Below, in pieces: positions 1-9,668 of a stretch of 64,000 nucleotides of DNA. The stretch is from positions 208,178-272,177 of the forward strand of contig JAHQWG010000047.1 in the NCBI GenBank assembly GCA_029856045.1, in the 5' to 3' direction. The stretch's first letter is position 1, and every line of letters begins with the position of its first letter. Below the pieces are notes generated by a model that did not search any database, was not told the origin of the DNA, and worked only from the letters and a program-made list of their open reading frames with translations. Made by a program: the position numbers and the translations under genes. The stretch is from Promethearchaeia archaeon. Its GTDB lineage: Archaea; Asgardarchaeota; Lokiarchaeia; Sigyniarchaeales; SOKP01.

Positions 1-228
1 GACACCAGCTTCAAGAGTCTTGTCTAGCATTTCTTTCACAGATGGGAATTCTCCGAGTTTTATTCTATCCGCTTCTCCAGGCTTTAGTATTCGTAATCCT
101 GTACCTAAATAATATACTTTTGCATCAATATCCATAGCCTTAGCCGTTTGAGCTAAAACTAATGGAGAATATTGTTTTTCAGGATTGTCACTGGTTTGAA
201 CATATAATATAAACTTTTTCTCACTCAT
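1..228 (-). CDS. DsrE/DsrF-like family protein (3' end runs off the window)
   Basis: Not in ORF track; manual translation from ATG 228: MSEKKFILYVQTSDNPEKQYSPLVLAQTAKAMDIDAKVYYLGTGLRILKPG...MLDKTLEAGV; GGAGGGA SD upstream; directly downstream of tusA-like gene. Confidence 0.75.
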   Translation of the reverse strand, partial: MSEKKFILYVQTSDNPEKQYSPLVLAQTAKAMDIDAKVYYLGTGLRILKPGEADRIKLGEFPSVKEMLDKTLEAGV

Positions 229-241
229 TTCTTTCCCTCCA

Positions 242-493
242 TTATTTTATTAGTTTTTTAAATAAAAATATTAAATCATTATCTTCCTTTCTAAAACCTA
301 AGATCTCGGTGCCAGTCCTTTTTGCCCACCTATGCAAATCTTCATCAGCAGCAGGATCATCTGCTATAACTTTGAAAATTTGGCCATAATCAAGTGTTTC
401 GTATAAATTTCTAACCTCAAATAAGGGTTCAGGACAATACAATCCTCTTGTATCTAATTCTTCTTCAATTTCTTTATTTTCTTCACTTTTCAT
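242..493 (-). CDS. tusA: TusA/SirA family sulfur carrier protein
   Basis: LDTRGLYCPEP and ADDPAADEDL motifs; start moved to ATG 493 because a GGAG SD lies about 10 nt upstream. Confidence 0.85.
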   Translation of the reverse strand: MKSEENKEIEEELDTRGLYCPEPLFEVRNLYETLDYGQIFKVIADDPAADEDLHRWAKRTGTEILGFRKEDNDLIFLFKKLIK

Positions 494-810
494 TTTACGA
501 GTCTCCTTTTTCAAATTTAAAATATTTAAATTACAAATTAAAAAGGATTTATTAATAAATTCTAATCCTTAAATAAAGACAAACCAGAAAAAACTTAAAT
601 ATTCTCATTATTTTTTAATGAAAATATTTGTATTTTGAAATACTACAATAAATACTATAGGAATTAATTTTATAATATATAAATTTCAAGCAAAATGATG
701 ATTAAAATCTATCAAATTCCAGTTTTGTTAATTTATAACTTTTTAAGATAAAGTCTTAAATGTATGATATTCTTAGTTATTTCATATTATTCTTTTAAAT
801 CAATGCGATT

Positions 811-2142
811 ATGACTAATGCTTTTTTACAAATAGTAGTAATAATTTGTTTCATTGTTTTAGTGATAGTGTTATTTTTCGAGAAACTAGATTATTTAATA
901 TACTCAATAGCTATTATTGTTGTGGCTGGATTGTTCACGGCAATTTTTATCCCTGAAGCTCAAGATTTAGAGAATTATTTTAATTCAATAGAATGGGAAA
1001 TCGTTTTTTTTTTAATAACATTTTTCTGTATTGTAGAAATTCTAAATGAAAAAGGATTTTTTCACGAGCTTGCAAGACGACTTGTTAATCGATATAAATC
1101 AAATTTAAGAAAGCTATTTTATATAATTTGTATAATATCAACTTTAACTGCAGCTTTTATTGAAGATTTATCAGTAGCAATTATTTTTGTCCCGATTATT
1201 ATTCTAGCTTGTCAGGAACTCGAAATAAATTCTACTCCATTCTTATTGGGAATGACAATATGTATTAATTTAGCGTCAACCTTAACACCATTCGGTTCTG
1301 CTCAAAATATTTTAATTGCTAATCATTTTAATTTATCTACATTATGGTTTATTATAAATTTGGGACCTTTTTTTGTGATTTCGACTGCTTTGACTTTATT
1401 TTTTTTAGATCAATTCGTACTCACAAAAGAAGTTAAGCATCCAACTCCAGGCATGTGTGAGGATATTGAAGGAAAAGAAGTTCTTCAGCAAATTGAGGTT
1501 GAAGATAAAGTATTTAAGAACAATTTTTATGGTTTTATCATTCTTATTATTTTATTAATTATAATTCCCAGTATTCTTATTGCAGGATTAATTGGATTAG
1601 TAATTTTTGTATTATTGAATCCTGTTAAAGATAAGAAAGGAAAATCCCATCCAAATGTATCGCATTATTTGCGTAAAGTTGATTATAAACTAATTTTTTT
1701 CTTCATATGTTTGTTTATATTAGTTTATCTAATGGAATTGAACGGGACAATCATATTCATTGAAGATTTCTTTGTTCAAATATCAACTGATAATCTTTTT
1801 CTGTTGTGCTTAATGATTTTAATTATAACGAGCGTATTATCTGGTTTTATAGATAACACACCTGTTACTATTATGTTTATACCTATTGTAGAAATTCTTA
1901 TTGGCATCGGAGGGGTTAATTCAATTCCCGTGTTGATTGCATTTATCACTGGAATTAATATAGGTGGAAATTTCTTACCTCAAGGATCTGCTTGTGATAT
2001 GATGACCTTAGAATTAGCAACGAAAGAGTGCGTTCCTGGAATGAATTACAAAAAATTAACAAAAATTGGAGGTATTTTTGCCTTAATTCATGTATTATTG
2101 GCGATTGGTTATATTACAATAATTATTTTTTTATTCCCTTGA
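811..2142 (+). CDS. ArsB/NhaD/SLC13-type (ion transporter superfamily) permease
   Basis: Many TM segments; NLASTLTPFGSAQN and SGFIDNTP...NIGGNFLPQGSA repeats. Confidence 0.8.
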   Translation: MTNAFLQIVVIICFIVLVIVLFFEKLDYLIYSIAIIVVAGLFTAIFIPEAQDLENYFNSIEWEIVFFLITFFCIVEILNEKGFFHELARRLVNRYKSNLRKLFYIICIISTLTAAFIEDLSVAIIFVPIIILACQELEINSTPFLLGMTICINLASTLTPFGSAQNILIANHFNLSTLWFIINLGPFFVISTALTLFFLDQFVLTKEVKHPTPGMCEDIEGKEVLQQIEVEDKVFKNNFYGFIILIILLIIIPSILIAGLIGLVIFVLLNPVKDKKGKSHPNVSHYLRKVDYKLIFFFICLFILVYLMELNGTIIFIEDFFVQISTDNLFLLCLMILIITSVLSGFIDNTPVTIMFIPIVEILIGIGGVNSIPVLIAFITGINIGGNFLPQGSACDMMTLELATKECVPGMNYKKLTKIGGIFALIHVLLAIGYITIIIFLFP

Positions 2143-2146
2143 GTAT

Positions 2147-2338
2147 TTAATATCCAATTTTCACTTTTTTTAGATATTCAAATGCAGAATAAGTGGCAAT
2201 TACTCCATCAGGTTGTTATTAAAGAGCAATATATAAATGAGTTGGTTCAAGTTGTTGATGATCTTTCGATTCCGCTAGAGATTTAACTTCAACAAAAGCT
2301 TCATGCAATTTTATTGAAAAACTATCAAATCTCATCAT
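2147..2338 (-). pseudogene. clpB: clpB 5' remnant (Clp N-terminal domain fragment)
   Basis: Manual translation MMRFDSFSIKLHEAFVEVKSLAESKDHQQLEPTHLYIAL**QPDGVIA resembles the ClpB N-terminus (MRFDKFT...HQQIEPEHLLLALLEQ.DG); two in-frame TAA at 2216-2221; immediately downstream of dnaK-dnaJ. Confidence 0.75.
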
Positions 2339-2349
2339 TTTACATCACT

Positions 2350-3354
2350 TTATAATCCTAAATTTTTTAATTTTAATAATAAGTCTTTCTGTTCTCTCGT
2401 TAATTTTTTGGGAACTTTAATTTTTACTTTCACCAATAAATCACCTCTTTGATCTGAATTCAATTTATAAAATCCTTGATTTTTTAATCTAAGAGTGGCA
2501 TAAGGTTGAGTTCTTGAAGGAATATTTACATTTAAAGTACCCCCATCGATTTTAGGAACTTTAATTTTACCCCCTAATGTTGCAACTGAGAATGGTATTT
2601 CTTTTTCAATATAGAGATCATTGGTTCTTCTTTCAAAAATTGTATGATTCTCAATGTGAATTGCGATATAAAGGTCGCCATTTGGACCACCATATTCTCC
2701 CGGAATACCTTTACCTTTAAGTCTTAATTTCTGATTATCATGTACTCCTCTAGGAATTTTTATTGATAGGGTAGTTTTTTTATTAGTAGCAGGATCTATA
2801 TATTGAACCTTTCTAGTACCCCCATAAAATGCTTCCATAAAATTAATTTCCATATCATATCTCAAATCATCACCTTCTCGAGGGATATTTGGTCTTACCC
2901 TTGCTCTTGTACTCCCACTTCTTTTATTTGAAAAAACATCAAATATATCTCCCAAATCGTTAAAGAAATCGAAATTGGATCCTGAGAATCCCCCCGAACC
3001 TCCCATATTTTTGAAAAATTCGCTAAAATCTCTAGGATTTCCGGAGCTAGTATATACATAAGTTTCATCAGGAGTTCTATTAAAATTTGAACGACTCCTA
3101 CCAGGGGTAGCTTGATAATATGTTGAGCGATCACCATCTACTACTCCAAATTTATTGTACATCTCCCTCTTTTTATCATCATTCAAGACGCTATAAGCTT
3201 CATTAATTTCTTTAAATTTTTCTCCAGATTTTAGTTCGTCTGGATTTACATCAGGGTGATATTTTCTCGCCATTTTTCGAAAAGCGCGTTTTATTTCTTC
3301 CTTAGTAGCGCTTTTATCTATTCCTAAAATTTTATAATAATCTTTCTTTGGCAA
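2350..3354 (-). CDS. dnaJ: DnaJ class B / CbpA-like co-chaperone (no zinc finger)
   Basis: J-domain with HPD, G/F-rich region, C-terminal domain, no CxxCxGxG repeats; TTG start with GGGGTGA SD. Confidence 0.9.
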   Translation of the reverse strand: MPKKDYYKILGIDKSATKEEIKRAFRKMARKYHPDVNPDELKSGEKFKEINEAYSVLNDDKKREMYNKFGVVDGDRSTYYQATPGRSRSNFNRTPDETYVYTSSGNPRDFSEFFKNMGGSGGFSGSNFDFFNDLGDIFDVFSNKRSGSTRARVRPNIPREGDDLRYDMEINFMEAFYGGTRKVQYIDPATNKKTTLSIKIPRGVHDNQKLRLKGKGIPGEYGGPNGDLYIAIHIENHTIFERRTNDLYIEKEIPFSVATLGGKIKVPKIDGGTLNVNIPSRTQPYATLRLKNQGFYKLNSDQRGDLLVKVKIKVPKKLTREQKDLLLKLKNLGL

Positions 3355-3426
3355 AATTATTCACCCCAGCACAGTTCTTAATTTAAAAAAATAAAAAAAT
3401 ATTAAAAAAAAACAAATATTTTTATT

Positions 3427-5307
3427 TTAGGATTCTTCATAATCTGCATCTACTACATCGTCTTGTCCAGAAGCTTTTCGATATTGTTCAGCTTGTTTTT
3501 CATGTTCTGGTCTATCATCTTGCGGTATTCCGCATGAACCACCAGGATAACCTTTATTAGTCTGATTTTGACCATAAATCCTCTCTGAAACTTGATGTAA
3601 AGCAGTTTGTAAATCTTCCATTGCGTTTTTAATCCTTGAAGGATCTTCTCCTTCATAAGATCCCTTCAACGCTAATACTTTTTGTTCAATAGTTGTTTTT
3701 AAGTCCCCGATTTTATCTTCGTGTTCTTTCATAATTTTCTCGGTTTGATATATTAGAGATTCCGCTTGGTTTTTTAAAGACATTAATTCTTTGATTTTCT
3801 TATCTTCCTCAGCATATTTCTCGGCTTCTCTGATTTTTGCATCTATTTCTGATTCAGACATATTTGTAGAAGCAGTAATAGTAATTCCAGTTTGTTTTCC
3901 AGTACCCTTGTCTTTTGCTTTTACATTTAAAATGCCATTTTCATCGATGTCAAATGTCACCTCTATTTGTGGCACCCCTCTCGGAGCTGGTGGTATCCCA
4001 GTTAAATGAAATGTCCCTAAAGTAATATTATCAGCAGCCATTGGTCTCTCACCTTGAAGTACATGAATTTCAACTGCAGGTTGATTGTCTGACGCTGTCG
4101 AAAATACTTCAGTTTTTCTCGTAGGAATTGTCGTATTTCTTTCAATTAATTTAGTAAAAACTCCTCCCAATGTTTCGACACCCAAAGAGAGTGGCGTGAC
4201 ATCTAAGAGTAATAAATCCTTAACTTCACCAGATAAAATTCCACCTTGGATTGAAGCACCCAGAGCAACACATTCCATCGGATCAATACCATGTTCTGGA
4301 GGCTTTCCAAAAAGTTCTTGGAACTTTTTTTGAACGCTAGGCATTCTTGTAGGCCCTCCTACTAACAGAATCTTATTTATACTTGAAGACTGTAATTTTG
4401 CATCGCTTAACGCCTTTTTAATAGATATCTCTAATTTTTTTAAAATTGGGCTAATTAAACTCTCAAGTTTGGCTCTGGTTAAGGAGATATTTAAATGCTT
4501 AGGTCCATTTGCATCCGCAGTAATGTACGGCAGATTTATTTCAGTTGTTAGCGTCGTGGATAACTCAATTTTTCCTTTTTCTGCTCCTTCTCTAATCCTT
4601 TCCATTGCTTTAGAATCTTTTCTCACGTCAATTCCTTGTTCCTTTTGAAATTCTGTAGCAATATAATCTACTAAAATTCTATCCATGTCAGTTCCTCCCA
4701 ATTGAGTATCTCCAGCTGTGGAAATGACTTCAAATACTTTATTTTCCATTTCGAGAATAGTAACATCAAATGTACCTCCTCCTAAATCAAGAACAGCAAT
4801 TTTAATACTGATATCTTCCTTATCTAAACCGTAGGCTACGGCTGCAGCAGTAGGTTCGTTAATTAATCTCTTTACGTTCAATCCTGCAATTTTTCCGGCG
4901 TCTTTTGTAGCTTGTCTTTGATTATCGTTAAAATAGGCAGGTACCGTAATTATAACTTCATTTACTTCTTCTCCTAAAAAGGCACTTGCGTCTTCCTTTA
5001 TTTTCCTTAAGATCATTGCTGAGATTTCTTGCGGAGTATAATCTTTTCCATCGATTTTAACCTTGTAATTCATACCCATTTTTCGCTTAATGGCAGTGAT
5101 GGTTCTATCAGGATTAGAAACAGCTTGTCTGCGAGCGGGTTCTCCTACTAATCGTTGTTTATCTTTCGTGAAGGCAACTACACTAGGAAAAGCTTTACCT
5201 CCAATGGTAAGGCCTTCAGCGCTCGGAATTAATGTGGGTTTTCCTCCAATTAATACAGCAGCAGCAGAATTTGAAGTTCCTAAGTCAATTCCAATTATTT
5301 TTCCCAT
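3427..5307 (-). CDS. dnaK: Hsp70 chaperone DnaK
   Basis: [36 protein letters not shown] motifs. Confidence 0.98.
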   Translation of the reverse strand: MGKIIGIDLGTSNSAAAVLIGGKPTLIPSAEGLTIGGKAFPSVVAFTKDKQRLVGEPARRQAVSNPDRTITAIKRKMGMNYKVKIDGKDYTPQEISAMILRKIKEDASAFLGEEVNEVIITVPAYFNDNQRQATKDAGKIAGLNVKRLINEPTAAAVAYGLDKEDISIKIAVLDLGGGTFDVTILEMENKVFEVISTAGDTQLGGTDMDRILVDYIATEFQKEQGIDVRKDSKAMERIREGAEKGKIELSTTLTTEINLPYITADANGPKHLNISLTRAKLESLISPILKKLEISIKKALSDAKLQSSSINKILLVGGPTRMPSVQKKFQELFGKPPEHGIDPMECVALGASIQGGILSGEVKDLLLLDVTPLSLGVETLGGVFTKLIERNTTIPTRKTEVFSTASDNQPAVEIHVLQGERPMAADNITLGTFHLTGIPPAPRGVPQIEVTFDIDENGILNVKAKDKGTGKQTGITITASTNMSESEIDAKIREAEKYAEEDKKIKELMSLKNQAESLIYQTEKIMKEHEDKIGDLKTTIEQKVLALKGSYEGEDPSRIKNAMEDLQTALHQVSERIYGQNQTNKGYPGGSCGIPQDDRPEHEKQAEQYRKASGQDDVVDADYEES

Positions 5308-5361
5308 TTTATTTACCTCATTTTTTTAGTTTTAATTTTTATAAAATTTGTTAATTTTTGC

Positions 5362-5410
5362 TTGTCAATCTATGATTGACAACCATTATTTATAAAATGT
5401 AAGCTTACAT
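5362..5410. promoter_or_regulatory. Two inverted repeats in the dnaK promoter region (candidate heat-shock operators)
   Basis: TTGTCAATC-TAT-GATTGACAA (5362-5382) and ATGTAAGCTTACAT (5397-5410), next to a TTTAAATA TATA-like box on the minus strand. Confidence 0.55.
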
Positions 5411-5511
5411 ATTTAAATGTTTGTTTAATAATAAATAAGTCTGTACTTGAGTTAAACTAAAAATAACTAACTATAACTAAAGAAAAATAAATAAAATATT
5501 AATTAAAAAAA

Positions 5512-5958
5512 TTAATATTCAAGATTTAAATTCACTTCAATCCCTTCCCTAACAGCTGCAGTAACCGTGCAGTAATTCTCAAACATCTTTCGACATTGAT
5601 CTGCTCTTTTACGGGCTTTAGGATCGTCTATTTTAGAAATTATATCGACATCTACTTTTTTTACTCTTAAAAACCCCTTATTATTCCTCCCAATTACTAC
5701 TTCGGCTTTTGCCATTAAATCGTCTATTGAAAAATTTCTTTTTTTTAAACAAAAAATAAAACTCGCACTTAAACACCCCAAAAGAGCCATCCCTAGAAGT
5801 TTTGATGGATTTGGACCCCACATATCTGCTTCTTCTTGATTGGTTTCGTCAATATAGCAGTCTTTAACTGCCATTTCACCCATATCGCATTTAAATATCA
5901 TATCTTTTTTTAATTTTATACCTACCTTTGTTTTCACTTCTTCCAACATAATTTTCAT
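5512..5958 (-). CDS. OsmC/Ohr family protein
   Basis: GPNPSKLLGMALLGC and YCTVTAAVREGI Cys motifs. Confidence 0.85.
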   Translation of the reverse strand: MKIMLEEVKTKVGIKLKKDMIFKCDMGEMAVKDCYIDETNQEEADMWGPNPSKLLGMALLGCLSASFIFCLKKRNFSIDDLMAKAEVVIGRNNKGFLRVKKVDVDIISKIDDPKARKRADQCRKMFENYCTVTAAVREGIEVNLNLEY

Positions 5959-6157
5959 CTATATTTTTATATTTTATTTATAAATTCAATTTTTATTAAT
6001 TATTAGAATTAGATTTTTTTTTAAAGGATTAGTAAAAAAATTAGAATAATAATAAAAAAATTAGAATGAAAATAGGCTAAAATAATAGAATATAATTAGA
6101 GTAAATGCAAAACTATAGAAAGAAATAAATTAGAAATAAAAAGGGGATAAATTTACT

Positions 6158-6313
6158 ATGGCAAATAAAAATAAATTAGATGAATTGAAAAAGACTAAAT
6201 TTACTTGTACTGGATGAGCAATTTTTGATACGATATCATTTCCATTTAGAAAACTAAAAAATTGGATAAACTGCAAGAAAACTAAAAAGCTAAATCATAA
6301 TCTCAACAGTTAA
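6158..6313 (+). CDS. Small ORF with in-frame UGA in a CxxU context (51 aa if read through, 19 aa otherwise)
   Basis: AAGGGGA SD, ATG 6158, MANKNKLDELKKTKFTCTG(TGA 6215-6217)AIFDTISFPFRKLKNWINCKKTKKLNHNLNS-TAA; inside the redox cluster. Confidence 0.4.
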
Positions 6314-6359
6314 TTCAAAAAAGCTAGGAATTGGCTGTAGGTTCCGCAAGAATCTGAGA
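6301..6359 (+). ncRNA. Predicted three-way-junction RNA structure (cis element or small RNA)
   Basis: Stems by eye: UCUC/GAGA (6301-04/6356-59), ACAGUUAAUUC/GAAUUGGCUGU (6306-16/6328-38), AGGUUC/GAAUCU around CGCAA (6339-6355); G-U pairs favour the + strand. Confidence 0.45.
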
Positions 6360-6651
6360 ATAAAAAATTTTTAGTTATACACTTAAAAAAAATAGATAAA
6401 AATTTACTATTCTTTTTCAAAAAATAATTCAAAAAATAGTTCCTTTTCTCCAACTTCGGGTGGTATTATTTTTGTATATCCTGATTTTTTAATAATATGA
6501 ATCGTATTTTTATTTCTCAAATTAATTACAAATTTTTAAAAAATCTTCAAATATTAAATATATTTTTTAAAATGCGTGAATTAATTATATTCTTGAAGTT
6601 AGAATTAGAAATTAAAAATTAAAAATTAAAAATAAGAGGATAGTATAAAAT

Positions 6652-6939
6652 ATGACTTTATCTAAAATTCCCATTTCACTTAAAAAAATTAGTAAAAAAA
6701 ATATGGATAAAGAAATTTTACGAACTGGAATAATAGCAGAGCTAGATGCGATAAATCTTTATGAACAAATGGCAGAAATGACAGAAAATCTGCATGTAAA
6801 GACTATTTTACTAGATATTGCAAATGAAGAAAAAGTACATGTTGGTGAATTTCAATATTTGTTATTAAAATATGATAAAGAACAAATAGAAGCGTTAGAA
6901 GAAGGTAATAAAGAAGTAAAAGAACTTATGGAAAAATAA
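6652..6939 (+). CDS. Short ferritin-like protein (rubrerythrin/EncFtn-like half bundle)
   Basis: AELDAINLYEQ and EEKVHVGEF di-iron motifs; GAGGA SD. Confidence 0.85.
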   Translation: MTLSKIPISLKKISKKNMDKEILRTGIIAELDAINLYEQMAEMTENLHVKTILLDIANEEKVHVGEFQYLLLKYDKEQIEALEEGNKEVKELMEK

Positions 6940-7044
6940 TATTATAATTCAAAACAAATCTTTTTAATTTTTTTTATTAATTTAAATGATCTTTAATAGC
7001 CAAAATATTTAGATTTTAAAAAAAAAATATTTTAAATTATTTTA

Positions 7045-7437
7045 TTATTTTGATTTCCATAAACCGTGAATATTACAGTATTCTCTAGCCCAGAGTCCTT
7101 CAGTATCTGCTACTACAAATGTTGCTTTAGGTTCATCGCCTGGCTTAAGAAATTTCCTTTTATAGCAATTATCCTTGCAAATTAATTCTATCCATTCAAT
7201 CCAATGCTCATCAGTCATTGGATGAGCCATATCTGCAACAATTCCAATCGAAACAGTCACTTTATTCCCATCAATTTCTATATAAGGAACATGTTTTTCT
7301 CCTTTATAATCAGCGGTTTTTGGTTCCATTAATTTCATATCTTGTCCGCAACATACGAGAGTACCGCCTCCAGTATGTAGGACTTCAACAATATTACCAC
7401 AAACTTCACATTTATAAATTTCTTTTAATTGAGTCAA
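7045..7437 (-). CDS. dfx: Desulfoferrodoxin (2Fe superoxide reductase)
   Basis: CEVCGN...CCG desulforedoxin domain; EKHVP, HPM...H and CNIHGLW SOR site. Confidence 0.95.
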   Translation of the reverse strand: MTQLKEIYKCEVCGNIVEVLHTGGGTLVCCGQDMKLMEPKTADYKGEKHVPYIEIDGNKVTVSIGIVADMAHPMTDEHWIEWIELICKDNCYKRKFLKPGDEPKATFVVADTEGLWAREYCNIHGLWKSK

Positions 7438-7518
7438 GATTCTTTCACCCTTTTTTATATGTTTATTTATTGAATATTTTGATTTTAAAAATTATTTTCT
7501 AATAAATATTAAAATAAT

Positions 7519-8103
7519 TTAAAATTCTTCACATTTTTTTCGGTAGTTTGCTCTTGGATGATCACAAGCAGGGCACCTCCAATCTTCTGGTAATTCGTCC
7601 ATCTCTACTTCATAACCACACTCCATACATACCCAAACAATCTTCTTCCCACGTTTGAAGAATGCATCATCACCGACTAGTTTTAAAAGCTTACCATAGC
7701 GTTCTGAGTGATGTTTTTCTGCACGAGCAATGGATCTCAATCTGTTAGCAATTTCTGGATATCCTTCCTTTTTTGCAATATCTGCAAATCCGGGATACAT
7801 TTCCTGCCATTCATAATTTTCTCCAGCAATTGCAGATTTTAAGTTTTCCTCGGTCGTTCCATAAGTTGTAGGTCCTGCAGCTTGAACTTCCAAATCATCA
7901 AAACTTTCTTCTTTTTTTAGATCTTGTAACATTCTATAATTCCATGTTGCGTGTTCTTTCTCTTGGTCAGCGGTTTCAATAAAAAATTTTGATATTAATA
8001 CATACCCTTCTTTTTGTGCTATTTTAGAAAACATGGTATATCTCATTCTTGCTTGAGATTCGCCCATAAAGGCAACCATTAAATTTTGTACTGTTTTTTT
8101 CAT
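7519..8103 (-). CDS. rbr: Rubrerythrin
   Basis: [23 protein letters not shown] di-iron ligands; C-terminal CMECG...CPACDH rubredoxin domain. Confidence 0.95.
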   Translation of the reverse strand: MKKTVQNLMVAFMGESQARMRYTMFSKIAQKEGYVLISKFFIETADQEKEHATWNYRMLQDLKKEESFDDLEVQAAGPTTYGTTEENLKSAIAGENYEWQEMYPGFADIAKKEGYPEIANRLRSIARAEKHHSERYGKLLKLVGDDAFFKRGKKIVWVCMECGYEVEMDELPEDWRCPACDHPRANYRKKCEEF

Positions 8104-8322
8104 TATTTTTAACCCATCAATTTAATATTTATTTTTAAATATTTCTTAAGAAATTTTAATTTTTAAATAATGATATTTCCGTTAATGTAAATATCTAAAG
8201 ATTATATTTTAAAAATTAAATTAAAAATTAACTTAAGATATAGGAATCTCTCTTTCTAAATGTTTAATAATATTTTAAAGTTAAATTGAAATTCTCATTT
8301 TAGCAAATATAAAGAAATAAAA

Positions 8323-8478
8323 TTATTTTTTTTTCATTTTAACCTTATCTCTCTGAAGTCCCGTTTCTCTGCTAGATGGAAGAGCAGTACCACAATGGTT
8401 TTTTTGAGCTTCTTTTAATTTAAAAGCTCTTTCCAATTCCTCTTCTACTTCTTTATCAGTTAATTCTTTATTACTCAT
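8323..8478 (-). CDS. Small hypothetical protein (51 aa, single Cys)
   Basis: MSNKELTDKEVEEELERAFKLKEAQKNHCGTALPSSRETG...; co-oriented between the FTR-like gene and rbr; ATG 8478 preferred over the track's GTG. Confidence 0.55.
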   Translation of the reverse strand: MSNKELTDKEVEEELERAFKLKEAQKNHCGTALPSSRETGLQRDKVKMKKK

Positions 8479-8523
8479 AATAATCAAAGAGAAAACGGAA
8501 AATAAAAAGATCACGTTTAAAAA

Positions 8524-8880
8524 TTATAAATTTTCTTCAGCTTTTCTTTGCAAATCAATTGGTCTCCTCTCAGGAACATTTACAAATTCCAAACCCTTTT
8601 CATAGAAATTTGAAGCTAAATATAAATTGCAATAACATGCCCCATATTCTTTTATATCTGCTGGGGCATAATCACATGGACAAATTAAATCATGATCTAA
8701 TTCCCTCTTTCCTGAAGCTAATCTACATGGACAAGATTGATATCCATATCTTAATTTATTATTTAATAATCCATCTATTAAATCCTTAAGAGTCTCTTTA
8801 TCCTTATTAAGATTCCAATTATTGGTTTTAGCAACTTGCTTGCAATATTGAATCATCCCATCTTTAGTTGATAAATTCAT
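8524..8880 (-). CDS. Ferredoxin:thioredoxin reductase catalytic-subunit-like protein
   Basis: CPCR, CPC and CYC motifs. Confidence 0.9.
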   Translation of the reverse strand: MNLSTKDGMIQYCKQVAKTNNWNLNKDKETLKDLIDGLLNNKLRYGYQSCPCRLASGKRELDHDLICPCDYAPADIKEYGACYCNLYLASNFYEKGLEFVNVPERRPIDLQRKAEENL

Positions 8881-8887
8881 TTCATAC

Positions 8888-9211
8888 TCACTCCCTTTTA
8901 ATTAATTTTTTATATTTTTCTGGATCGTATCCAACGAGAGGTTGATCGTCAACGATTAAAAAAGGAAAAGCAATTCTTTCTTTATAGGTTTTTCTTAAAC
9001 AATCTAAAATTGCTTTTTTTGTGTTTTTATCTATTTTATCTACATCGATAAATCTATACTTTATATTATTATCATTTAAATACTTCTTAGTTTTCTTACA
9101 CCACATGCATGTACTTAAAGTAAATAATGAAATCTTTTGAGAAGTTTTACTTCCATCGACTATATTAAATTCTTCTTTACAAAAATCGAACATTACATCA
9201 GCATTAGACAT
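8888..9211 (-). CDS. Glutaredoxin/NrdH-like redoxin
   Basis: LSTCMWCKKTK active site, FP cis-Pro, VGYD; 7 nt upstream of the FTR-like gene. Confidence 0.9.
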   Translation of the reverse strand: MSNADVMFDFCKEEFNIVDGSKTSQKISLFTLSTCMWCKKTKKYLNDNNIKYRFIDVDKIDKNTKKAILDCLRKTYKERIAFPFLIVDDQPLVGYDPEKYKKLIKRE

Positions 9212-9475
9212 TTCTTATTTTCTACTCCCATTTTAATAATTGCTAATAATGATTATTTTTATTTATTACAAATTCAGTATTTTTTCAATTTTTTTGACAT
9301 TTTCTTTCCAATTATATTCTTTTCCATCTCAAACTCAAGTAAATATTTGAAAAATTAGAATTTGTTGTATATAATTTATAGAAATTTTTTCTCAAATTAA
9401 AAATGAACAAGTTTATTTTTAACTTTTTATGTATAAAATATTTAAAAAAAAAAAATGATAAGAGTAATTAGTGTT

Positions 9476-9505
9476 TTCTCTTCACTTCAATTGAAATCAA
9501 GAGAA
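9476..9505. promoter_or_regulatory. 30-bp near-perfect palindrome between divergent redox operons
   Basis: TTCTCTT-CAC-TTCAATTGAA-ATC-AAGAGAA. Confidence 0.45.
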
Positions 9506-9668
9506 TTGCCTAAAAAATTTCTTAATTTAAAAATATCGCCAAATTTTATTATCAGTTAATATTAAATAAACGGAATTATATAATTTCTTTTTTAAAATTT
9601 ATCCCTTTGCAATTTTCTTTTTATTTTATAATCAATAAAATTAAAGTTTTTAATTAGTATTTTATCTT

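Noticed and set aside
5446-5466. HspR HAIR operator upstream of dnaK
   Set aside because: Only one half-site (CTTGAGT); the matching ACTCAAG is absent
6000-6140. CRISPR array
   Set aside because: Repeats are short and degenerate, lack regular unique spacers, and no cas genes are present
6339-6365. Hammerhead ribozyme
   Set aside because: CUGAGAA does not fit the CUGANGA core and no properly placed GAAA was found
6314-6650. Canonical eukaryote-like SECIS (AUGA...GA core) after the CxxU ORF
   Set aside because: ATGA at about 6497 and GTGA at about 6576 do not lead into a convincing stem by eye; a covariance-model search is needed
9455-9559. 34-codon ORF in the redox intergenic region
   Set aside because: No SD and no motif; overlaps the palindrome; expected by chance
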